Assembly: GCA_963815455.1 (NCBI GenBank)
Contig: CAWFGO010000002.1
Coordinates: forward strand, 652,708-716,707
DNA: 64,000 nucleotides
DNA from: an uncultured Verrucomicrobiae bacterium
GTDB taxonomy: Bacteria; Verrucomicrobiota; Verrucomicrobiia; Chthoniobacterales; UBA10450
Direction of reading: 5' to 3'
This document shows positions 1 through 8,922 of the stretch, piece after piece. Each line of letters starts with the position of its first letter. The stretch's first letter is position 1. Under the pieces are notes generated by a model. That model did not search any database. It was not told where the DNA came from and saw only the letters and a program-made list of their open reading frames with translations. Position numbers and translations under genes: made by a program.

Positions 1-2379
1 GCAATCCGTGCCCGATCATGGACTTGGTCAATGCGATGTCCGAACTGCTCATCGATCCATCGGCGCTGATGTCTTCGCGGAAATTTGCGTTTGTCACGGG
101 CTGGCCGCCCTGCCCTTTCACGATCGCAACATCCGTTGCGTTAACCACCTTGTTTCCTGTGGCGTCGCCCTTCAACATATTCACACTCACCGCCGTGTCG
201 GGCAGAACCTGCGAGAAGCCGTCGATCACGTTGCTCAAAGTAACAGCGATCTTCTGCACATCTGTCACTCCAGTTAAATGAATCGTCATCGTGTTGCCGT
301 TGAAGGTGGGACTTCCCGCGACGCTGCCGATGCCGTTCGTCACGCTCGCGTTGCCACTCGCCGGCGGGTTACTAAATGTCACAGCAATGGTGTGATTCCC
401 GTTGCCGTTCCGGCATTCCAGGCCGGGTTCGCCAGCCAACGGCAAATCGATATCGAAGTCGCCCGCACCTCCATGCGTCATCCGCGAGACCGCCGACATG
501 AGTTGCAGCGGGTTACAAGGTGCCGGGCCCTGAATTCCAACGGTGATCGGGCTCCCGGTCTTGAAGAAGCCGATCGTCGCGTTCGTGCGCCTGCGGCGGA
601 CTGTTGGAATCGAAACGGAAATTGTACGTCGTGCCAAAACGAATCGCGTTCGCGTTCTGGTTCTGGGCAAAGGTCTCCGTGCTCCAGCTCAGGGCGTTGG
701 AAGTTTGATTCGAGATCCAGGCCGCATTGCTAAAGCCGGCGTTTCCGAGCGTTCCATCGTTTGGGAATCCGGGATGATTCGGCGGCGCGTGAAAGCCGAG
801 GTTGCTGACCGTAATTCCGCATCCCAACGGCAGACTGAAAGATTGGATCGAGCGATCAAGATTCTGATTATGAATCGCGTATTCATAATGCCATACGCCG
901 GCAGATGGGTTTGTTACCTTATAGACAACGAAAGCCCGGCCATCGATTCCCGGCTGCGGGTTCAATCGTCGCGCTGGTCGCCCCGGTCCAGGCATCCGTC
1001 GCGGGCATCATTCGCACGGTGGCTCCGACTTGCGCGAAGGTGAAACTAGTCGTGCCGGTAACACTGTAGCGGCGATAGGACGCGTTGTTATACATGTTGC
1101 ATTGCCCGGGATGGGCCTGGCACCAGGCATACTCATGCGGTGTGTCGTATTGGACCTCGGCGTAATAGGTCGCGCCCGGATTTAGCGTGGTATTCAGGTC
1201 GCTCATTTCCACCAAAATCCTGTGCGACGTACCGGTGTGAGTGTGGCCCGCGTGGCTCTCTGGCCTGGGACTCGCCCCTGGAAATGCGCCGGTAAACGGA
1301 TTGACCCATGCCCGCGAACCCATGGCGCCCACGTGATCCGTCTGGCTCGCGTTTTGACTCGCGGAGTAAGGATCGGAGCATCCCACTCCCAGAGTCGTTG
1401 AGTTTACTGCGGGAGTACACCCCAAGCTGCAGTCGTCATCCTGGTTTGCCCCAAACGTATGCTTCACCCACGACTGGCCAATTTGTTCGAAGCGATCATT
1501 GTTGCTCGGTCCGCCGCTCATTCGATAGAGATTTTGGCAAAAAACGGAATGGTCAGTGTTCGGCAGCTGAAAAAAATGCAATTCCTGGTCACCGTTGTTG
1601 CAGGAGGTCGTTCCAGTCCCCAGGCCGACCTGGGTTCCACTGCTGCCAAATTGCGCCAAACCCGACATGTCTCCCACGATAACATCAGGCCCTTGCACAA
1701 AGGCCGGCGCATTCGGCGAGCCGCCGCGTCTCGGGGGCATGATCGACGATCGGGCCGCACCGTTAACGAATGTGACGATCTCGATCGGATACACTGTCGC
1801 ATCGACAGATATTTCCCCGACGACCGCTCTTGCGTCCGCCGGACGTCCCATTTTGTTGGCCAGCTCTTCTGAAATCAGAAGTCGTCCGCCCTTGATCCTA
1901 AAAAAATGCGCGGCCGGATCGTAATCGTAGAGGTGTCCTTCAATGTTGAAATAGACGAAACCCGTTTTCCCGTCGCGGATAATCAGCTCGAATGGCTCGC
2001 CCGGAGCGGTTTTTTCGATCACGAGCTGGTTCGAAGACGCAGTTAACGGCTCGGGAAGAATCGTGGAATTTCGCAACGCTATCGAGCCTGGATCGGGGTC
2101 GCGAAAAACATGGTTGAAGACACGGATCGTGAAAAACGAATTCGGACCAATCTCAAAACGGACGGTGTTCCGTTTCGATTCTCCGGCCGCGGCCTCGCTC
2201 CCATTTAATCGACTCAAATCGAGATCGAGCGCGACGTGCCCGTCTCCAACGATCATTCTTTCCAGAGTTCCGGTCTGGCTTTCCGGGCTCGTCTCTGGCG
2301 ATTGCCGCGCGGAATTTCCAGAGCTATCGCTCAATAGAAAAAGCAACGCGAACGTAAAAAAACAGAGTATTTTTTTCAT
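1..2379 (-). CDS. Large secreted protein with C-terminal dockerin-like (paired Ca-binding loop) module; frameshifted near 960 and 590; 3' end at or just beyond the window edge
   Basis: Signal peptide MKKILCFFTFALLFLL from ATG 2379. ORFs 919..2544 and 513..995 join a third frame I read by hand: ...SAVSRMTHGGAGDFDIDLPLAGEPGLECR...GDATGNKVVNATDVAIVK...EDISADGSMSSSDIALTK. Confidence 0.7.
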
Positions 2380-2542
2380 GATGATCGCGGCTTCCCGACG
2401 TCTTGGATACGCCGAAGGATTGTATACAGATTGGGCCGAAAGTAGACTGTTTTTTTCATGGGCTAAAAGCGTTTCAATCGCGCTCGCCTCGATCCGTCCA
2501 CGTTGATTTGTCGAGCCACGGATGCTAGGTAGCCGCGCCGCC

Positions 2543-5356
2543 ATGGGCCAGAACTACAAGGACACGCTCAATCTGCCGCGCACGGATTTCCCGATGAAGG
2601 CGAACCTTGCTTCGCGGGAGCCGGAATTGCTCAAAGCGTGGGAGGAAACAGGCCTCTATCGGCAAATTCAAGAGTCACGACAGGATCGAGAACTGTTCGT
2701 TTTGCATGACGGCCCGCCCTTTGCCAACGGCGACGTCCACATGGGCACCGCGCTCAACAAGATTCTCAAGGATTTCGTGGTGAAATCGCAAACCATGCTC
2801 GGCAAACGCGCGCCGTATGTGCCCGGCTGGGATTGTCACGGACTGCCCATCGAATTCAAAGTGGTCAAGGAATCACGCGACCTTTCGCCGCTCGAAGTCC
2901 GCAAAAAATCCGAGGCGTTTGCCCGCAAATATGTCGATATCCAGCGCGAGCAGTTCAAACGGCTCGGCGTTCTCGGCGATTGGGAGCACCCCTACCTCAC
3001 TCTCGATCCGAAATACGAAGCTGAGATTTTGCGCGCGTTCGCCGTGTTCGTCGAAAAGGACCTGGTTTATCAATCGCAGAAACCGGTGTTCTGGAGCACC
3101 GGCGCGCAGACCGCGCTGGCCGAGGCCGAGGTGGAATATCAAGAGCGCGATGACACGACTGTTTATGTGAAGTTTCCGATCGCCAGCAATTCTGTAAGGG
3201 AAGCTGACAGCTTCCCAGCCGGAACCAGCATCGCCATCTGGACAACAACGCCGTGGACGTTGCCGGCCAACCTCGCCATCGCTGTCGATCCTAAGGAAAC
3301 CTATGTAATCCAAAAGTTTTCGCGCGATGGCGCTTCTGAGACGCTCCTGCTGGCCGAAAAACTCATCCCGCAATTCTGCGCCAATACCGGATTCGCGCCT
3401 CTCGGCAAACCGCTCGCATCGTTTCCCGGAGCGAAGATCGACAAGATCAAAGCGCGCCATCCTTTCTTGGATCGCGAAGCAATCGTGCTCACGGCGGATT
3501 TTGTCACGATGGATACTGGTACCGGCGCCGTGCACATCGCGCCCGGCCACGGCGAGGACGATTACAAACTCGGCCGCGCAAACAATCTGCCAATCTTGTC
3601 TCCGGTGGACGATCACGGCCTGCTCACGGACGAAGCCGGTCTGCCGAATCTTACGGGCAAGTACGTGTTCGACGCCAACATCGACATCGTCAATTTGTTG
3701 CGCGAACGCGGGATGCTGCTGGCCGCGCAAAAATTCCATCACTCTTATCCGTACTGCTGGCGCTCGAAGACGCCGATCATTTTTCGCAACGTCGAACAAT
3801 TCTTCATCCGCATCGACGCGCTCCGCGAAAAAGCGCTCCAGGCCATTCATAAAGATGTGAAATGGATTCCGGCCTGGGGCGAGAACCGCATCGCCGGCAC
3901 CGTCGAATCGCGGCCCGACTGGGTCATCTCGCGTCAGCGCAGTTGGGGCGTGCCCCTGCCGGTTTTCTATTCAGCCGAAGGCAAACCGATTCTCGACGCG
4001 AAAATCATTCGCAAACTGGCCGATCTCGTTGCCGAGAAAGGTTCAAACATCTGGTTCGAATTGAACGATGTCGATCTTGCTAAAAAGCTCGGGCTTCCCG
4101 ACGGCACAACGAAACGCAACGACACCATCGACGTTTGGATCGATAGCGGCGTGTCGCATAAAGCGGTTTGCGCCCTTCATCCCGAACTGCGCGATCCCGC
4201 CGATATGTATCTGGAAGCGACCGATCAACATCGCGGCTGGTTTCAATCCTCGCTCATGACCAGCATCGCGCTGAACAATCGCGCGCCTTACAAAACCTGC
4301 GTCACCCACGGGTTCGTTGTCGATGTGGATGGCAAGAAAATTTCCAAGTCGGGCACTTACGATAAACCGATGGATGCCGGTCATTTCGTGAACAAACACG
4401 GCGCCGATCTGGTCCGGCTTTGGGCGAGCAGCATCAATTACACGGATGACGTCCCTTTCTCGGAAGAAATGTTCACCCGTCTCGGCGATACCTATCGCCG
4501 GATTCGCAACACGCTGCGGATTTTGCTGGGCAATCTTTTTGATTTCCCTGTAGCCGCGGTCGCTGACCGCGGCCCGGGGTCAACGACCCCGGCTACAACA
4601 TTAGTCGATCGCTGGATCCTGGAGCGGCTCGATGAAGTGATCCGCGATTGTCGAACCGCCTACGAGTCGTTCGAGTTTCACAAGGTTTATCACACGCTCA
4701 ATCAATTTTGCGCAGTCGATTTGAGCAGCCTCTACATCGACATCACCAAGGACCGGATGTATTGCGATGCGCCGGATTCTCCCCGTCGCCGGGCCACGCA
4801 GGCGGTCATGCGCGAAGTTTTCGACGCGCTTTGCAAATTGCTTGCCCCCGTTGTGGCCTTCACCGCCGAGGAAGCCTGGCGACATTTCGCTGTAGCCGCG
4901 GTCGCTGACCGCGGTCCGGCGTCAACGACCCCGGCTACAACATCGATCCACCTCGAAGAATTTCCGGGGCAAAGTGGCATGGGCTTCCAGCCCATGTCCC
5001 CTCGGCAGGATGCCGATGCCACCAGTCAAGTCGGCGAACTGTTGAAGCTGCGCGGCGTAATCGGCCAGGCGATCGAGAAAGCGCGCCAGGAAAAACTCAT
5101 TGGGAACGCGCTGGAGGCCGCTGTTACTTTGAATTCAAACTCCGATGTAACAGCAAAAATCGACAAGGCCGAGCTGGAAGAATTTTTTATCCTCAGCGAT
5201 CTCACGATTGAGCAGGCGACGGAAGCGAGCGCATCCGTCACAAAAACAGCGCACAAGAAATGCGCCCGTTGCTGGCGTCACCGCGAATACGTCGGCAAAA
5301 GCAAGGCGCATCCGGAATTGTGCGACCGGTGCGAACAAGTAGTGAACGCGCGTTAG
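2543..5356 (+). CDS. ileS: Isoleucine--tRNA ligase (type 1)
   Basis: LHDGPPFANGDVHMGT (HIGH-like), GWDCHGLPIE, WTTTPWTLP, DWVISRQR, KISKS, C-terminal CARC...CDRC zinc finger; followed by lspA. Confidence 0.98.
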   Translation: MGQNYKDTLNLPRTDFPMKANLASREPELLKAWEETGLYRQIQESRQDRELFVLHDGPPFANGDVHMGTALNKILKDFVVKSQTMLGKRAPYVPGWDCHGLPIEFKVVKESRDLSPLEVRKKSEAFARKYVDIQREQFKRLGVLGDWEHPYLTLDPKYEAEILRAFAVFVEKDLVYQSQKPVFWSTGAQTALAEAEVEYQERDDTTVYVKFPIASNSVREADSFPAGTSIAIWTTTPWTLPANLAIAVDPKETYVIQKFSRDGASETLLLAEKLIPQFCANTGFAPLGKPLASFPGAKIDKIKARHPFLDREAIVLTADFVTMDTGTGAVHIAPGHGEDDYKLGRANNLPILSPVDDHGLLTDEAGLPNLTGKYVFDANIDIVNLLRERGMLLAAQKFHHSYPYCWRSKTPIIFRNVEQFFIRIDALREKALQAIHKDVKWIPAWGENRIAGTVESRPDWVISRQRSWGVPLPVFYSAEGKPILDAKIIRKLADLVAEKGSNIWFELNDVDLAKKLGLPDGTTKRNDTIDVWIDSGVSHKAVCALHPELRDPADMYLEATDQHRGWFQSSLMTSIALNNRAPYKTCVTHGFVVDVDGKKISKSGTYDKPMDAGHFVNKHGADLVRLWASSINYTDDVPFSEEMFTRLGDTYRRIRNTLRILLGNLFDFPVAAVADRGPGSTTPATTLVDRWILERLDEVIRDCRTAYESFEFHKVYHTLNQFCAVDLSSLYIDITKDRMYCDAPDSPRRRATQAVMREVFDALCKLLAPVVAFTAEEAWRHFAVAAVADRGPASTTPATTSIHLEEFPGQSGMGFQPMSPRQDADATSQVGELLKLRGVIGQAIEKARQEKLIGNALEAAVTLNSNSDVTAKIDKAELEEFFILSDLTIEQATEASASVTKTAHKKCARCWRHREYVGKSKAHPELCDRCEQVVNAR
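3193..3216 (+). repeat. REP-like palindrome inside ileS (TGTAAGGGAAGCTGACAGCTTCCC)
   Basis: GGGAAGCTG-A-CAGCTTCCC hairpin; a related copy (22/24) is reconstructable at 30414-30468. Confidence 0.7.
4549..4597. repeat. 49-bp GTAG-type REP doublet inside ileS, copy 1
   Basis: TGTAGCC...GGCTACA ends, two internal hairpins; 47/49 identical to 4891-4939. Confidence 0.9.
4891..4939. repeat. 49-bp GTAG-type REP doublet inside ileS, copy 2
   Basis: Near-identical to 4549-4597; encodes VAAVADRGPASTTPAT. Confidence 0.9.
4974..5022. repeat. 49-bp GTGG-type REP doublet inside ileS
   Basis: GTGGCATGGGCTTCCAGCCCATG-spacer-CGGCAGGATGCCGATGCCAC; GTGGCAT/ATGCCAC ends and two hairpins. Confidence 0.8.
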
Positions 5357-5358
5357 CC

Positions 5359-5441
5359 GTCATGTCGAGCGAAGTCGAGACATCCCGCGGCGCTACCATT
5401 CAGTGTTGCAACGGGATTCCTCGGCTTCGCTCGGAATGACA
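5359..5441. repeat. GTCAT...ATGAC palindromic MITE-like intergenic repeat
   Basis: GTCATGTCGAGCGAAGTCGAG...CTCGGCTTCGCTCGGAATGAC imperfect inverted repeat; related element at 13349-13513. Confidence 0.75.
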
Positions 5442-5446
5442 AGATT

Positions 5447-5953
5447 ATGAAATTCATCTTCTGCCTTTCTCTGCCGCTCTACCTGCTGGATCAATGGACG
5501 AAACAGCTCGTTCTACGACACATCACCGAGCCATACGATGTCGGAGAGCAATTGATTCATTTGAAGAATTTTTTTCATTTGGTGAATGTGACCAACACCG
5601 GCGCGGCGTTCGGCTCGTTTAAGGATAACAACGCGTTCTTCGTGGCGATCTCCTGCATCGCGATGCTCTTTGTCTTGATTCTCCTCCTCCGGCGCGGGAC
5701 GCCCGACACCTGGCGCGACGTCTCGCTGGCCCTGCTCCTGGCCGGGATCCTGGGCAATCTGACCGATCGCCTTCTTTACGGACACGTAATCGACTTTCTC
5801 CTTTTCGATTTCGGTCCAAACGCGCCGAAACTGTTTGCTCCCTGGCCGGCATTTAACGTGGCCGATTCCTGCATCACCATCGCCGTGATTTGCTTCATCA
5901 TTCATTCCTTCTGGGAGGGCAAGAGAAGAGAGCAGCCGGCGCAGCAGCCGTAG
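5447..5953 (+). CDS. lspA: Signal peptidase II
   Basis: LDQWTK, NTGAAFG, GNLTDR, VIDF, FNVADS motifs; adjacent to ileS. Confidence 0.97.
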   Translation: MKFIFCLSLPLYLLDQWTKQLVLRHITEPYDVGEQLIHLKNFFHLVNVTNTGAAFGSFKDNNAFFVAISCIAMLFVLILLLRRGTPDTWRDVSLALLLAGILGNLTDRLLYGHVIDFLLFDFGPNAPKLFAPWPAFNVADSCITIAVICFIIHSFWEGKRREQPAQQP

Positions 5954-6013
5954 CCGCAGTTCGAACGCCTCTAACAGGTCGCGCGTTGCGCTTCGCACAG
6001 CGAAGCGGCTACA
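5950..6013. repeat. GTAG-type REP doublet (degenerate left unit) overlapping the lspA stop
   Basis: GTAGCCGC...GCGGCTAC ends; right unit contains hairpin CGCTTCGC-ACA-GCGAAGCG. Confidence 0.65.
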
Positions 6014-6106
6014 GTGGCTTCCGGAAGTCCTTCGGGTTTTGATCCTTTGCCCACTGTCCGTCAAATCGATGCAACCCTAGATAGACTCCTTCTATCCCAA
6101 AGGTCC

Positions 6107-6532
6107 CTATTCAGCTGGGCAAACCAACAACACGGAATTACTTCGCAAATGAGGCGGTGGTCCAATTTGGACGTAAACCTCAAGGAGATCGCCTGGTTGC
6201 GCGTAAATGTCGGGCGTAATCCTCTTCCATTCCACGCTGTTCGGTGTCAGAAAGTGGTTTGCAGGCGCACTGGTGCTTGTTTTGCCCTGAATCTCTACCG
6301 GAGCGGGCGAATTTTTGCCGGAGAGTTTTTTCGAAGACGAAATCGTGGAGATGAACTCCAGCGAGGGCACCTTTGCCCTTCGAGGACCAATGTTACAAAC
6401 GTAAACATCAAAGCTGATCTTGGAATGCGGCTTTACTGTGGTCTCGACTGGAATTAAGAGCAGACGGGGCTCTTGCGCTTGGACTGCCGCCAAGATAAGG
6501 ATTTGCGAGAGTATGATTAGGACAATCTTCAT
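6107..6532 (-). CDS. Small exported protein, candidate immunity protein
   Basis: Signal peptide MKIVLIILSQILILAAVQA; directly downstream of Rhs C-terminus; AT-richer than flanks. Confidence 0.6.
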   Translation of the reverse strand: MKIVLIILSQILILAAVQAQEPRLLLIPVETTVKPHSKISFDVYVCNIGPRRAKVPSLEFISTISSSKKLSGKNSPAPVEIQGKTSTSAPANHFLTPNSVEWKRITPDIYAQPGDLLEVYVQIGPPPHLRSNSVLLVCPAE

Positions 6533-6569
6533 CGATTAGATCATTAATAGTTTTTTTAGAAATGTATGA

Positions 6570-7527
6570 TTAGTGAATAATTTGAATGAAAAAGCGCGTA
6601 CCTGGTGACTCGAACCTTGACGGCCGCTCATTGGAGCTAAACCTATGATGGGTATTCCCGTCATCCTCTCTTTTTCTGATGTCGCTCCACTCTTTCTTTG
6701 GTTCATGGGATTGGATCTTAGTGTCGAACTGATCGGCCAATCGCTTGGCCATGCGTTCCGCAGCTTTGTCTGGGTTTTGCCCTAGTTCGAAATGACCCAC
6801 CGCCTTCCCAATCAAGTTATGATATTGCCCCTCAAGCACCTTCGCATCGGCCACGTGTTTATCTTCGTGTTGCTTGGTAGCTTCGATCGCTTTTTGGTTT
6901 CGTAGTCCCCACTGGTCTGTTTTGGTTGCAATATCTCTCTTACCGACGGTGACATCATATTTTGTCAGTCTTAGTTCTCCGTTTGTATAAGGCGTGACCC
7001 CAATTTTGCGGTCTATATGAGTCTCTCCATATCGATCTCCTCCTGGATTCTTTATTACGTCGACCGGATTGAAACGATTGGGAGACCCCTCATAGGGGTC
7101 GCTGTAGTCTAATCCCATTGGGTCGGTTCGATCCAACGGATCGTTGCCGCAATAGCGATAGAGATTAGTCGGATCGGCGTCGAAGCTCTTGGGATCGCTC
7201 TGGAGAAAACGGCCGAACTCAGGTGAATACGCGCGGTTCCGATAATCGTAGAGCTCGAGATCGACCATCCATTCGCGGCCGGTGAAGAGGAAGCGATTAC
7301 CAAACAGTGACGAGGGACGAGGGACGAGGGACGAGTGACGGGTCAAGAATGGTCGGCTTGCCGAAGATGTCGTATTTGTAGCGCTCGATCACATTGCCGT
7401 TCGTGTCAGTCAGCGCGACCACGCTGCCTTCGGCATCGGTGTGATAATAGACCGTGCCGTAGCTGTCGATCTTGGCGATCATTTCGTCCTGCCGCATCGT
7501 AAACGAAAACAATCCAGCCGAATCCAT
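6570..7527 (-). CDS. Orphan Rhs core fragment with variable C-terminal (toxin) domain; frame broken in a heptamer tract
   Basis: YYHTDAEGSVVALTD...YKYDIFG (7297..7527), then FTGRE...YDYRNRAYSPEFGRFLQSDP...NLYRYCGNDPLDRTDPMGL, then ~180 aa tip containing HEDKH. Confidence 0.85.
7306..7340. repeat. Heptamer tandem repeat (AGKGACG)x5
   Basis: AGTGACG AGGGACG AGGGACG AGGGACG AGTGACG read directly. Confidence 0.95.
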
Positions 7528-7564
7528 GCTTTGGAGGATGGCAGACCATTGCTAGAATGAACAA

Positions 7565-8902
7565 ATGAAAGGCAACGATCTGTCGCCCATGGAAAAGACG
7601 GCGCGCGAAATCGCTGCGCAGTTGCGCAAGGCCGGTCATATCGCCCATTTCGCCGGCGGTTGCGTGCGCGATATGATCCGCGGATTGACGCCGAAGGACT
7701 ACGATATTGCTACTGATGCGCGACCAGAAGCGGTGCAGAAGCTTTTTCCACGGACCTACGCGGTCGGCGCGCATTTCGGAGTAGTGGTCGTCGTAGAAGG
7801 CGAGATGAATTTCGAAGTTGCGACTTTTCGCTCCGACGACGCGTACATCGACGGCAGGCGCCCGGTCTCAGTGCATTTTTCTTCACCGGAGGAGGACGCC
7901 AAGCGGCGCGATTTCACCATCAACGGAATGTTCTTCGATCCCGAGAAAAACGAAGTGATCGATTTTGTCGGTGGCCGGGCCGATCTGGAGGCGAAACTTG
8001 TGCGCGCGATCGGCGACCCGGCCCAGCGTTTCGCCGAAGATCGTTTGCGGATGCTGCGGGCGGTGCGCTTTGGCACGGTGCTCGATTACAAGATCGACAA
8101 TCAAACCTGGGACGCTCTCCTGGCCGATGCGTCGTCAATCACCCAAATCAGCGCCGAGCGAATCCGCGACGAGCTGGTGCGTATTTTTCTTTCGCCCAAT
8201 CGGGTGCGGGGCTGGGACCTGCTCGACCAAAGCGGACTGATGCGCACGATCTTGCCCGAGATTGAGCCGATGAAAGGTTGCGAACAGCCCGAGCAATTCC
8301 ATCCCGAAGGCGATGTCTTCACCCACACGCGCCTGATGTTACAGATGCTTCCCGGAAAAGTTTCGGTGCCGCTGGTATTCAGCGTGATCCTGCACGATGT
8401 GGCCAAGCCGGTCACGGCGACTGTCGATCCAACCGGCCGAATTCGTTTTAACGAGCACGATCGAATCGGCGCGGCCATGACCGAGCAAATCATGGAACGC
8501 CTGCGATTTTCGCGCGCGGAGATCGACGCCACGGTCGAGATGGTCCGGCAGCACATGGTTTTTAAGGATGTGCCGAAAATGCGGGTGGCGAAATTGAAAC
8601 GCTTCATGGCGCGGCCCACTTTCGACGAAGAACTGGAGCTGCACCGGGTCGATTGCCAGAGCAGCCATCGGATGCTCGATAATTACGAATTTCTCATGCG
8701 CAAACGCGAAGAGTTTGCCAACGAGCCGATCATCCCGCCGCCGTTTGTTCGCGGCGACGATCTCATCGCGCTTGGTTTAAAGCCGAGCCCGAAGTTCGGC
8801 GAAATTCTCGAAGCGGTGGAGACGCGTCAGCTTGAAGGAACATTGCGCACGCGCGAAGAAGCGCTCGACTGGGTGAAAAAAGAGTATTCGTTAAATGGTT
8901 AA
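7565..8902 (+). CDS. cca: CCA tRNA nucleotidyltransferase / poly(A) polymerase family with HD domain
   Basis: GGCVRD...DYDIAT, RRDFTING, EDRLRMLRAVRF, HPEGDV, LHDVAK. Confidence 0.9.
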   Translation: MKGNDLSPMEKTAREIAAQLRKAGHIAHFAGGCVRDMIRGLTPKDYDIATDARPEAVQKLFPRTYAVGAHFGVVVVVEGEMNFEVATFRSDDAYIDGRRPVSVHFSSPEEDAKRRDFTINGMFFDPEKNEVIDFVGGRADLEAKLVRAIGDPAQRFAEDRLRMLRAVRFGTVLDYKIDNQTWDALLADASSITQISAERIRDELVRIFLSPNRVRGWDLLDQSGLMRTILPEIEPMKGCEQPEQFHPEGDVFTHTRLMLQMLPGKVSVPLVFSVILHDVAKPVTATVDPTGRIRFNEHDRIGAAMTEQIMERLRFSRAEIDATVEMVRQHMVFKDVPKMRVAKLKRFMARPTFDEELELHRVDCQSSHRMLDNYEFLMRKREEFANEPIIPPPFVRGDDLIALGLKPSPKFGEILEAVETRQLEGTLRTREEALDWVKKEYSLNG

Positions 8903-8918
8903 ACGGCTAAATCGCTAA
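8890..8918. repeat. Degenerate octamer tandem repeat spanning the cca stop
   Basis: GTTAAATG GTTAAACG GCTAAATC GCTAA. Confidence 0.6.
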
Positions 8919-8922
8919 GTTG

